Positions 9,972 through 19,095 of a DNA stretch of 64,000 nt are shown here, piece after piece. Position numbers and translations under genes: made by a program. The notes beneath the pieces were generated by a model. That model searched no databases, was not told the DNA's origin, and was given only the letters and a program-made list of their open reading frames with translations. Every line of letters begins with the position of its first letter. The first letter of the stretch is position 1. The stretch comes from Bacteroidales bacterium (GTDB lineage Bacteria; Bacteroidota; Bacteroidia; Bacteroidales; GWA2-32-17), in contig JAVHRJ010000602.1 in NCBI GenBank assembly GCA_036171595.1, positions 136 to 64,135 on the forward strand, given 5' to 3'.

Positions 9972-9979
9972 TATATTTG
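9972..9979 (+). promoter_or_regulatory. Candidate -7 box for the TA cassette
   Basis: tatatttg, 18 nt upstream of the ATG at 9998. Confidence 0.45.
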
Positions 9980-9997
9980 CATAAAAAGCAATTTAAT

Positions 9998-10228
9998 ATG
10001 CAATTAACTTTAAACATAGATTTAGCAAACAAAAATGCTTTGGCTTTATTAAATTATATAAAGACCTTAGATTTTATTAAAATTGAAGATGAAAAAACTG
10101 TACTTACCGAAGTTCAGAAATTAGCGATTAACGAAGGTATACAAGCTTTAAAATACGGAAATTCAATAGAGCATTCCAGCATGGTAGAAGAAACTAAAAA
10201 GCGATATCCAAATCTTTTTAGTGAATGA
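9998..10228 (+). CDS. Putative antitoxin of a ParE/RelE-type type II TA pair
   Basis: Small ORF whose stop overlaps the downstream toxin ATG by 4 nt (ATGA). I prefer the ATG at 9998, because the TTG at 9977 in the track lies inside the predicted -7 box (9972-9979). Confidence 0.55.
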   Translation: MQLTLNIDLANKNALALLNYIKTLDFIKIEDEKTVLTEVQKLAINEGIQALKYGNSIEHSSMVEETKKRYPNLFSE

Positions 10229-10513
10229 AAATAATTTGGTCGGAGCCAGCAAAAAAAAGATTACTGGCAAAATATAGATTATCTTTTAAAAGAATGGAAT
10301 GAAAAAGTTGCAATAAAGTTTATTGAAAAAATTGAACAAGCAATTTATTTTATTTCACAAAACCCAATTATATTCAAGAAAACAAATTATAAAGAAATTC
10401 GCTGTATAACGATTGTACCTCAAATAACACTTTATTATCAAATAAATAATGACGCTGTTGAAATAGTAAGGTTATGGAATAACTACCAACAGCCAGAGAA
10501 ATTAAAATTGTAA
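10225..10513 (+). pseudogene. ParE/RelE-family toxin interrupted by a frameshift in an A8 homopolymer
   Basis: The ATG at 10225 reads MKIIWSEPAKK and then runs out of frame, stopping at 10300-10302. Codons starting at 10259 read DYWQNIDYLLKEWNEKVAIKFIEKIEQAIYFISQNPIIFKKTNYKEIRCITIVPQITLYYQINNDAVEIVRLWNNYQQPEKLKL, with a stop at 10511-10513. Removing one A from the tract at 10251-10258 fuses the two pieces into a 95-aa ParE-like protein. Confidence 0.6.
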
Positions 10514-10534
10514 TAAAAACAGTATTTATCTTTT

Positions 10535-10597
10535 TTTCGTTTCCTCACTAAACAAAAGTTAATTCATTAAAAAGGTTTGTGAGACACGAACCTTAGA
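10535..10597. repeat. Palindrome-containing ~62-nt repeat unit, copy B (downstream of the TA cassette)
   Basis: The sequence is tttcgtttcctcactaaacaaaagttaattcattaaaaaggtttgtgagacacgaaccttag, in direct orientation relative to copy A. A looser third relative (ctcacgaac..N..ttgtgag) is visible at about 54432-54467. Confidence 0.7.
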
Positions 10598-10645
10598 GTT
10601 AAGAATATCCCTAACGGGGGTCTTTGAGACCTGTTAGGGCTAAAA

Positions 10646-13438
10646 TCAATGCGCATCCATCCAATTTACTCCAGTTCCAATTTCTACCAATAGTGGAACA
10701 GTAATTTGAGCGGCATTTTCCATTTCGTATTTTACAATTTGTTTTACAATCTCAATTTCGTTAGGTGCAACTTCAAAATCGAGTTCATCATGAACCTGTA
10801 ACAACATTCTAGATAAAAGATTTTTTTCTTGAAAAGCCTTGTAAACACGAATCATTGCAATTTTTATTACATCGGCTGCTGAGCCTTGTATTGGTGCGTT
10901 TATAGCATTTCGTTCGGCCATTCCGCGAGCCATTGCATTTCGCGAATTAATATCTGCTAACATCCTTCGTCGTCCAAATAATGTTTCTACATAACCTTGA
11001 TTTCTTGCAACTGCAATACTTTCATCCATATATGCTTTTACGCGTGGATAAGTTTCGAAATATTGGTCAATTAACTGCTTTGCCTCAGTTCTAGGAATAT
11101 TTAAACGCTGTGATAATCCAAATGCAGAAATTCCATATATAATTCCAAAGTTAGCTGTTTTTGCACGTGAACGCTGTTCTCTGGTTACCTCTGAAATATC
11201 AATTTTATAAATTTTTGCAGCAGTTGCAGAATGAATATCTTCATTTTGAACAAATGCTTCTATCATTGCAGCATCTTGACTTAAATGAGCCATCAACCTC
11301 AATTCAATTTGCGAATAATCGGCCGATAAAAACAAAAAGTCTTTTTGCCCTGGAATAAATGCTTTACGAATTTCTCTTCCTCGCAATTCTTTTATTGGAA
11401 TATTTTGTAAATTAGGATTATTAGAACTTAATCTACCAGTTGCGGTTACAGCTTGGTTGAATGATGTGTGTAATCGTCGGGTTCTATGATTTATTAATAA
11501 AGGAAGAGCATCAACATAAGTACTTAGCAATTTTTGTACAGAACGATATTCGAGTATTTTGTTAATTATTTCGTGTTTGCCGGCATATTTTACCAATTCC
11601 TCTTCGCCAGTTGCATATTGTTTTGTTTTAGTTTTTTTTGCATCATCAGATATTTTCATTTTTTCGAAAAGCACGTCACCAAGCTGTTTTGGTGAATTTA
11701 TATTAAAAGTTGAACCAGCTAAATTATAAATATCATTTTCGAATTTTTGCAATTCAACTTTTAAATTTACTGAACAATCTTTAAGAACATTTTCGTCGAT
11801 TTTAATTCCAGTTTTCTCAATAAATGCAAGTGCGAATATTAGAGGCATCTCTATATCTGTAAATAAATTATACAAACCTACTTCTTTCAATTTTGGTTCG
11901 AATATTTCTTTTAGTTGAAGCGTAATGTCGGCATCTTCGCCCGAATATTCTTTAATTTTATCGACACTTACTAAACGCATGTTTAATTGGTTAACACCTT
12001 TTTTGCCAATCAAATCTTCGATAGGAATTGGCAAATAATTTAAATAAGTGCGAGCTAAAAAATCCATGTTGTGTCGCAAATCGGGTTGCATAAGGTAATG
12101 TGCAATCATAGTATCGAAAAGTTTCCCATTAACTGTAACATTATAATTACTTAAAACAAGTATATCGTACTTAATGTTTTGTCCAATTTTATTAATAGTT
12201 GGATTTTCAAAAACGGATTTAAATTTTTCTAATAAAATATTAGCTTCGTCGCGATTATTAGAAAATGGTACGTAATAAGCTTCGTGGGGTTTTATTGCAA
12301 ATGAAATTCCTACTATGTCGCTTTGCAATGGATCTAATGAAGTAGTTTCGGTATCGAAACAAAAAGATTTGGAATTTTGAAGCAATAAAATTAATTTATC
12401 AATATTTTCGGTATTGCTAACTAATTGATAATTATGTTCAATATCTTTAATTGTTTTGTAATCTTTTTGTGGTAGTTGGTCAGTAACAGGAATATCAAAG
12501 AGCGTAGGTTGCATTTTGTTTTGAACTTTTTCAATTTGTTCATTTTGAACGTTGTTATCACCTGAATTAATTTTTAAAATTCGTGGAGCAATAGTTTTAA
12601 ATTCAAGTTCGTCGAGCAAAGCAGTTAATTTAGGGATATTTGGCTCGCAAATTTTCATTTCATCTTCATGAATATTAATTGGCACTTTAGTATATATTGT
12701 TGCGAGTTCTTTTGATAGAAGCACTTGGTCGGAATGGGTTTGAAGAGTTTCTTTTATTTTCCCAGTCAATTTGCTAACATTATGCAAAACAGCCTCAATG
12801 CTCCCAAATTCTTTAATTAATTTTTTTGCTGTTTTTTCACCTATTCCAGGTGCACCAGGAATATTGTCAGAAGCATCGCCCCAAAGTCCTAAAATATCTA
12901 TTACCTGACTTGGGTAGTCAACCTCAAAATTCTTTTTTACTTCATCGATTCCCCATATTTCTATCCCATTGCCAGAGCGACTAGGTTTATACATAAAAAC
13001 ATTTGACGAAACCAGCTGACAAAAATCTTTGTCTGGTGTCATCATATAGGTTATAAAACCTTGCTCAGATGCTTGTTTAGCAAGTGTTCCAATAATATCG
13101 TCGGCTTCAAAACCTGGTACAACATAAATTGGAATATTAAGTGCATCGAGCAAGCTTTTTATATATGGAATTGAAAGTTTAATATCTTCGGGTGTAGCGT
13201 CGCGATTGGCTTTGTATGCAGGAAATTTATCGTGTCTAAATGTTTTTGCCGACGAATCAAATGCAACTGCAATATGTGTGGGTTTTTCTTTTTGTAAAAT
13301 TTCGATAAGAGAATTTACAAATCCAAAAATTGCAGAAGTATTTAACCCTTTTGAAGTTACACGTGGGTTTTTTATAAAAGCATAATACGATCTAAAAATA
13401 AGTGCATAAGCATCGAGAAGAAAAAGTTTTTTTTCCAT
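10646..13438 (-). CDS. polA: DNA polymerase I
   Basis: 930 aa. It has a 5'-nuclease domain, a 3'-5' exonuclease domain (FDTETTSLD), and polymerase motifs A (DYSQIELRLMAHLS), B (KTANFGIIYG) and C (QVHDEL). Confidence 0.95.
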   Translation of the reverse strand: MEKKLFLLDAYALIFRSYYAFIKNPRVTSKGLNTSAIFGFVNSLIEILQKEKPTHIAVAFDSSAKTFRHDKFPAYKANRDATPEDIKLSIPYIKSLLDALNIPIYVVPGFEADDIIGTLAKQASEQGFITYMMTPDKDFCQLVSSNVFMYKPSRSGNGIEIWGIDEVKKNFEVDYPSQVIDILGLWGDASDNIPGAPGIGEKTAKKLIKEFGSIEAVLHNVSKLTGKIKETLQTHSDQVLLSKELATIYTKVPINIHEDEMKICEPNIPKLTALLDELEFKTIAPRILKINSGDNNVQNEQIEKVQNKMQPTLFDIPVTDQLPQKDYKTIKDIEHNYQLVSNTENIDKLILLLQNSKSFCFDTETTSLDPLQSDIVGISFAIKPHEAYYVPFSNNRDEANILLEKFKSVFENPTINKIGQNIKYDILVLSNYNVTVNGKLFDTMIAHYLMQPDLRHNMDFLARTYLNYLPIPIEDLIGKKGVNQLNMRLVSVDKIKEYSGEDADITLQLKEIFEPKLKEVGLYNLFTDIEMPLIFALAFIEKTGIKIDENVLKDCSVNLKVELQKFENDIYNLAGSTFNINSPKQLGDVLFEKMKISDDAKKTKTKQYATGEEELVKYAGKHEIINKILEYRSVQKLLSTYVDALPLLINHRTRRLHTSFNQAVTATGRLSSNNPNLQNIPIKELRGREIRKAFIPGQKDFLFLSADYSQIELRLMAHLSQDAAMIEAFVQNEDIHSATAAKIYKIDISEVTREQRSRAKTANFGIIYGISAFGLSQRLNIPRTEAKQLIDQYFETYPRVKAYMDESIAVARNQGYVETLFGRRRMLADINSRNAMARGMAERNAINAPIQGSAADVIKIAMIRVYKAFQEKNLLSRMLLQVHDELDFEVAPNEIEIVKQIVKYEMENAAQITVPLLVEIGTGVNWMDAH

Positions 13439-13569
13439 ATTAAGTTTTTGTTTATTAGGAATTTGATATACAATAATTAAATTCCTTTACTGTAAAAATA
13501 AATAATTTTAATTTATGTTTAAGAAAAAACATGTAACTTTAAGGCATTTGTGTATTAAGTTGTACTAAT

Positions 13570-13917
13570 ATGAATATAAAAATTGATTTAAGTTATTTAG
13601 AAAACATGTCGGCGGGCGACAATAATTTAATTAAAGAGATGATTGATATTTTTAAAGAGCAGGTTCCTGAGTTTATTTCTGAAATGGAAATGGCTATTAA
13701 AAATAACGATTCTAAAGCAATGGCTTCGGTTGCACATAAAGCAAAATCATCGGCAGCAATTATTGGGATAACTGAACTTGCAGATTTTTTAAAAACTTTA
13801 GAAAAATTAGCATCTAATAACGAACGAACAAATGAGTACCCAGAGTTTTTAAAATATTTTGAGAATATTTCGAATGAATCAATTAAACAATTAGATAAAA
13901 TATATAAAGAGTTGTAA
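13570..13917 (+). CDS. Hpt (histidine phosphotransfer) domain protein
   Basis: 115 aa and helical, with an Hpt-like phosphoacceptor context (VAHKAKSSAAIIG). Confidence 0.6.
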   Translation: MNIKIDLSYLENMSAGDNNLIKEMIDIFKEQVPEFISEMEMAIKNNDSKAMASVAHKAKSSAAIIGITELADFLKTLEKLASNNERTNEYPEFLKYFENISNESIKQLDKIYKEL

Positions 13918-13918
13918 T

Positions 13919-14668
13919 ATGTATAAATGGTTTATTTTCATATTTTTAATAACTGTATTTGTTTCTTGTAATTTGTTTACTACAACTTCAGAAAATATTG
14001 AAGAAAAAAATGATTTAACATATTTAAAAGGTACTAATAAACTTTTTACAGGCGAGGTTTTAGATAAATATGACAATGGGAATAATAGCATTTTATATCA
14101 CTATAAAGGTGGTAAGAAAGATGGTAAATCAATGGCTTGGTACGAAGATGGTACAAAAGAATATGATGGTCAATATATTAATGGTTTAAAGGAAGGTGAA
14201 TTTAAGGGGTGGTATAAAAATGGTAAATTAGGTGCCATTAGAAATTATACTAATAGTGTTGAAAATGGGAAGTGGGAGATATATTACGAAAATGGTAAAA
14301 TAAAAGAAATTGGAAGATATATTAATGGGAAAAAAGATAGTATTTGGGTTTGGAGGTACGAAAATGGGCAGAAATGGATACAAGTAAATTTTACAAACGA
14401 TAAGGAAAATGGTGTTTGGCATGCGTGGCACGAAAACGGGCAAATGCGCGAAGAAATTGAATGTCAGAATGGTAAAAGAGAGGGAATTTGGCAAGAGTGG
14501 AATAGTAAAGGTCAACTTATTTTAAAGGGATTGTATTCTCAAGGTCAAGAAGAGGGAAATTGGTACGCTTGGTACGATAGCGGAAAACCAAAGTTTGAGA
14601 GATTATATAAAAATGGCGAAAAAATATACGAGCAAAAATGGGATGAAAAAGGTAATCCTATAAAATAA
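13919..14668 (+). CDS. MORN-variant / YwqK-family repeat protein, probably a lipoprotein
   Basis: Signal peptide with Cys (VFVSCNL). It has tandem ~23-aa repeats of the G-x-K-x-G-x-W-x-x-W-Y-x-N-G type (for example KDGKSMAWYEDG, KEGEFKGWYKNG, ENGVWHAWHENG). Confidence 0.7.
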   Translation: MYKWFIFIFLITVFVSCNLFTTTSENIEEKNDLTYLKGTNKLFTGEVLDKYDNGNNSILYHYKGGKKDGKSMAWYEDGTKEYDGQYINGLKEGEFKGWYKNGKLGAIRNYTNSVENGKWEIYYENGKIKEIGRYINGKKDSIWVWRYENGQKWIQVNFTNDKENGVWHAWHENGQMREEIECQNGKREGIWQEWNSKGQLILKGLYSQGQEEGNWYAWYDSGKPKFERLYKNGEKIYEQKWDEKGNPIK

Positions 14669-14675
14669 AATTTAA

Positions 14676-14706
14676 GCCCCAAACAGGGGTTAAACCTGTT
14701 TGGGGC
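14676..14706. terminator. Bidirectional terminator between convergent genes
   Basis: 12-bp GC-rich stem gccccaaacagg / cctgtttggggc with a 7-nt loop. It sits between the stop codons at 14668 (+) and 14713 (-). Confidence 0.7.
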
Positions 14707-14712
14707 ATATTC

Positions 14713-17700
14713 TTAAATCCATTTTACAATTGGAAAATCCATTCGGTGAGGAAGTTTTTCGTTTTTAGGGAATACCCTAAACGAAAAATCAAATACTCCA
14801 GAACGAGTTGCAGGAATAACACATTTATACGTTACCTGTCCAGCTTTTTCGTCAATTGGTTTTAATTCCTCAATAAATTGTATTTCTTTTACTTCGTCGA
14901 ATACTTTACGTCCAAAAACTATTTCAATGCCAATATCAGAAGTAGGAATTTCGTGTAAATTAAGTATAATTTCTGCTTCAAAATTTTCGCCTAATAATAA
15001 CGGTTTAACAGTAGAATCGGGCACAACAACATTTACAATTTCAATACTTTCCCATGCTCTAATAATTTTTTGTTTCCATGCAGCAATAGAACGAGCTTCT
15101 TCAAAATTATTATTACGAAGTAAATTTCTACGTTCAATAAGCTTGGTGTAATATTTACTATAGTAATCGTCGAGTTGGCGTTTCATTGTAAACCGAGGAA
15201 CAATATCTGAAATTGTTTTTTTAATAAATGAGATCCATTTTGTTGGTAATCCCGATTTGTCGTTATTGTAGAATGTTGGAACAATTTCGTTTTCGAAAAG
15301 AAAATATAAAGTTTCGGCATCTAATTCATCTTGAAAATCTTGATTGTTATATGTTTTTTCTTCTTTTAATGCCCATCCAGCTCCTTTAACATACCCTTCT
15401 GCCCACCAGCCATCTAATACGCTACAATTTAAAACGCCATTCATAATAGCTTTTTCACCACTTGTTCCAGATGCTTCGAGTGGTCGGGTAGGGGTGTTTA
15501 GCCAAATGTCAACACCTTGCACTAGTTTTTTTGCTAATTCAATATCGTAATTATCTAAAAAAAGTACTTTCCCAATAAACTCTGGCATTCTAGAAATTTC
15601 GATAATTTTTTTAATTAAATCTTGTCCAGCTTTATCGGCAGGGTGTGCTTTACCTGCAAAAACAAATTGCACGGGTTTTTCTTTATTATTTACAATTTCC
15701 GATAATCGTTTTAAATTACTAAAAATTAAATGGGCTCTTTTGTATGTTGCAAATCGTCGAGCAAAACCAATAGTTAAGGCATTCTCGTTAAGTTTTTCAA
15801 CTGTTTCTAAAACGAGAGTTGGATTTTCTTGTCTATTTTCGAGCCCTTCCATTAATTTAACTTTAATGGTATCGAAAAGTTTTTTACGTAATTGCGAACG
15901 AACCTCCCAAATTTTTTCATCAGGGACTTTTGTTATAACAGACCATAATTCGGGATTTGATTGGTCGTTATAAAATTCTTTAGGTAAATATTCGTTATAT
16001 AATTGCCACCACGATTTTGCTACCCATGTTGGAAAATGAACTCCATTTGTAACATAACCAATATGTAACTCTTGTGGAAAATAATTGTCCCATAATGAGT
16101 TAAACATTGTACGCGAAACCTTTCCATGAATTTTGCTTACTCCATTTACTTCTTGCGAAAACTTACAAGCAAGAACACTCATCGAAAATTTTTCTTTATT
16201 ATCAGATTCTCTAACTCGACCCAATCCCATTAATACTTCCCAACTAATATTAAGTTTTTCGGCAAAATACGATAAATATGTTCTAATCATATCTTCATTA
16301 AAAGCGTCGTGTCCAGCAGGAACTGGGGTATGAGTTGTAAATAATGTAGATGCTCTAATAATTTCGATTGCTTCAAAAAATGATAGTCGATGTATTTCAA
16401 CTAATTTACGAAGTCTTTCTAAGCCAATAAAGGCAGCATGACCTTCGTTGCAATGATAAACTATTGGGCTAATATTTAAGGTGGTAAGTAATTTAATGCC
16501 ACCAATTCCTAATAATATTTCTTGTTTTAATCTATGTTCAAGGTCGCCACCATAAAGTTGATGTGTAATTGTTTTATCGGCATCAGAGTTTTCTTCAATA
16601 TCGGCATCGAGTAAATAAAGAGGAACTTTTCCAACATCAACTTTCCAAACTTTTGCGTAAAGTAAACGACCAGGCATTGGAATATTAATTACAACCCAAT
16701 CGCCTTTTTCGTTTCTAACAGGTTGTAGGGGTAAGGCAGTAAATCGTTGAGGTATATATTTTGCAATTTGTTCGCCAGAAACCGAAAGTGTTTGTGTAAA
16801 ATATCCGTATCTGTATAAAAGTCCAATTCCTATTATGTTTTTACCTGAATCGCTTGCTTGTTTTAAATAATCGCCAGCTAATAAACCTAACCCACCAGAA
16901 TATATTTTAACACTATCGTGTAATCCGAATTCCATGCTAAAATAAGAAATAAGGTCGTTTTCCGATTTGTTATTCATATAATTATCAAACATTTCACTAA
17001 CTTTTTTAAGTTTTTGAACAAATGCTTGATTGTTTTCTAATTCGCGATATTTTTCGAAACTAATTTCTTCGAGTAATACAATAGGGTTATGTGAAACAGT
17101 ATCCCAAAGTTCAGCATCAATCATCTCAAAAAGCTCGTGAGCTTCATAGTTCCACGACCACCATAAATTTTTTGCAAGTTTTTGCAAATCAAATAAACTT
17201 TCGGGGATATACGATTTAATAAAAACCTTTTTCCATGTGGGTTTTAAAGTTTCTATATTAGTAAGCGATTTTAAATTTTCGGGGAGTTTTTTTGCTTTAT
17301 ACTCTTCAAATCTTAATTCAGCTTTTGATAAAGCGATTCCAAATGCTTTATGGTAATATGTTATAAGATTTTGCCACAATAATGTTTTTGAAACTTCGAA
17401 AGCTATATTTCGCGCTTCATTAACATCGTTCTGATTTAAAGCCATAAAATCAGTAATAAATGTTGCAATTTTATGATAAACTTCCTCGTGATTAAAATCA
17501 TCACGTTCAATAACTTTTATAGCATTTCCTTTATCGTTACCTTGTTGTTTAACCCATAATCCAAATCCTGCTAGGGTTGTTGTAATTGTAGGAATATGAA
17601 ATGCAATACTTTCAAGAGGAGTATAACCCCATGGTTCGTAATAAGATGGGAATACCGATAAGTCGAACCCAATTAATAAATCGTAATATGGCAAATTAAA

Positions 17701-18951
17701 AATTCCATCAACGCCATTAAAATAACAAGGTACAAAAACAATTTTAACTTTATCGGAAGGACTATTAAAAAGTTTTTTTTCTTTAATACGATTTAAAATT
17801 GGGTCGTTAGCAGAATCGTGCAAGTTGTGTGTAAGATATTCGTTTGAAATAGGTGTAATAAAATCACAATTATGAATACGTTCTAAAAGTTCTGTTCTAG
17901 GCCCAATATGATTTGCAGGAACAGTGATAAATGCTATTATGTTATTTGTTATAGTAGAATTATTATTAATTTCGGAAAGGGCATCAATAAATAGGTCTAT
18001 TCCTTTATTTCTAAATTCATACCTTCCGCTATTAATAACTAGAAGACTGTTTCTATCAATTTTTTGATTTATAAGCGCTTCGGCAACATTAAAAAATTTA
18101 TTTCGTGCAATTTGTCTTTTTTCTTCAAACTCTGAGTCGGATGGCACAAAGGAGTTTTCGAACCCGTTTGGAGTAATAACATCTGCATTTTTATTGTGAA
18201 ATTGAGCACATTCTTTATCGGTTATTTCGCTAACAACGGTAAACGAATCGGCAGTATTAGCCGAAAGCATTTCGAGCGACTGCTTAGATTGAATACCATA
18301 TCTTTCTGATATTTCGTTAGCGTTGTATTTTGTTAAATCTTTGTATAATGGCAATCCATTTCCAGCAATAGAACGTCCAACAGTTGTAGCATGTGTAGTA
18401 AATAATGTGCCAATTTGTGGAACTTCTTTTTTTAAGTATAAAATTCCAGAACCAGTCATCCATTCGTGAAAATGTGCAATAATTTTATCGCTTGATGTGT
18501 GAGAGAAATCGTAAAAACTTTGAATTATTTTTGCGGCGGCATAGCCAAAAAGCGTAGGTTCAATATAATCCCACTGGCCATGCAACGAGTCGAGGCGATA
18601 ATTTTCCCAAAAACTAAAAAATATTTTATCTTTTTGACTAAAATATGGAGTAAAATCTGCTAAAATAACTATTGGTGAACCTGCAATATTCCACCTTCCA
18701 ACTTTAAATTTAAGTCCTTCTATCTCAGCTTGCTTTCTCCAAGTTTTAAATAAAAATTTATCTTCAATAAATTCAGGATTCTGGTTAGTTTCTTTCCATA
18801 CATCGGGACCAATAAGGATGTAGTTATCTTTTAAATCGTCGACTATAGATTTTGCTTTAGTTGATATAACGGTATAAATTCCACCAACTTTATTGCATAC
18901 CTCCCAACTTACTTCAAATAGATAATCGGGTAAAAGGTTGTTTTCAGCCAT
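14713..18951 (-). CDS. Fusion protein: GT3 (eukaryote-type) glycogen synthase domain plus GT35 alpha-glucan phosphorylase domain
   Basis: 1412 aa. The N-terminus carries the GT3 hallmark LFEVSWEVCNKVGGIYTVISTKA. From about aa 590 it shows a DUF3417-like segment (LWWSWNYEAHELFEMID), YFSMEFGLH..YSGGLGLLAGDYLKQASD, and the PLP-lysine context EASGTSGEKAIMNG. These are typical of alpha-glucan phosphorylases. Confidence 0.85.
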   Translation of the reverse strand: MAENNLLPDYLFEVSWEVCNKVGGIYTVISTKAKSIVDDLKDNYILIGPDVWKETNQNPEFIEDKFLFKTWRKQAEIEGLKFKVGRWNIAGSPIVILADFTPYFSQKDKIFFSFWENYRLDSLHGQWDYIEPTLFGYAAAKIIQSFYDFSHTSSDKIIAHFHEWMTGSGILYLKKEVPQIGTLFTTHATTVGRSIAGNGLPLYKDLTKYNANEISERYGIQSKQSLEMLSANTADSFTVVSEITDKECAQFHNKNADVITPNGFENSFVPSDSEFEEKRQIARNKFFNVAEALINQKIDRNSLLVINSGRYEFRNKGIDLFIDALSEINNNSTITNNIIAFITVPANHIGPRTELLERIHNCDFITPISNEYLTHNLHDSANDPILNRIKEKKLFNSPSDKVKIVFVPCYFNGVDGIFNLPYYDLLIGFDLSVFPSYYEPWGYTPLESIAFHIPTITTTLAGFGLWVKQQGNDKGNAIKVIERDDFNHEEVYHKIATFITDFMALNQNDVNEARNIAFEVSKTLLWQNLITYYHKAFGIALSKAELRFEEYKAKKLPENLKSLTNIETLKPTWKKVFIKSYIPESLFDLQKLAKNLWWSWNYEAHELFEMIDAELWDTVSHNPIVLLEEISFEKYRELENNQAFVQKLKKVSEMFDNYMNNKSENDLISYFSMEFGLHDSVKIYSGGLGLLAGDYLKQASDSGKNIIGIGLLYRYGYFTQTLSVSGEQIAKYIPQRFTALPLQPVRNEKGDWVVINIPMPGRLLYAKVWKVDVGKVPLYLLDADIEENSDADKTITHQLYGGDLEHRLKQEILLGIGGIKLLTTLNISPIVYHCNEGHAAFIGLERLRKLVEIHRLSFFEAIEIIRASTLFTTHTPVPAGHDAFNEDMIRTYLSYFAEKLNISWEVLMGLGRVRESDNKEKFSMSVLACKFSQEVNGVSKIHGKVSRTMFNSLWDNYFPQELHIGYVTNGVHFPTWVAKSWWQLYNEYLPKEFYNDQSNPELWSVITKVPDEKIWEVRSQLRKKLFDTIKVKLMEGLENRQENPTLVLETVEKLNENALTIGFARRFATYKRAHLIFSNLKRLSEIVNNKEKPVQFVFAGKAHPADKAGQDLIKKIIEISRMPEFIGKVLFLDNYDIELAKKLVQGVDIWLNTPTRPLEASGTSGEKAIMNGVLNCSVLDGWWAEGYVKGAGWALKEEKTYNNQDFQDELDAETLYFLFENEIVPTFYNNDKSGLPTKWISFIKKTISDIVPRFTMKRQLDDYYSKYYTKLIERRNLLRNNNFEEARSIAAWKQKIIRAWESIEIVNVVVPDSTVKPLLLGENFEAEIILNLHEIPTSDIGIEIVFGRKVFDEVKEIQFIEELKPIDEKAGQVTYKCVIPATRSGVFDFSFRVFPKNEKLPHRMDFPIVKWI

Positions 18952-19033
18952 ATAATATTATTTTATAATTCACAATTAATTTTGTAAAGTTAAATTAATT
19001 CAAAAATTTTAAAAATGTTTTATTAAAATATTT

Positions 19034-19086
19034 AGAATACAATAACTGGCAACTAAATTATAATTAGTTGCCAGTTATTGTATTCT
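19034..19086 (-). terminator. 23-bp perfect palindrome immediately downstream of ccsBA
   Basis: Arms agaatacaataactggcaactaa / ttagttgccagttattgtattct with a 7-nt loop. It lies 10 nt after the ccsBA stop. Confidence 0.6.
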
Positions 19087-19095
19087 ACAAAAAAA

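Noticed and set aside
9805-10597. Interpreting the TA-flanking repeats as integron attC sites
   Set aside because: There is no intI-like gene and there are no GTTRRRY/RYYYAAC core sites at the repeat ends. A looser related copy occurs about 44 kb away, outside any cassette context. A REP-like family is the more economical reading.
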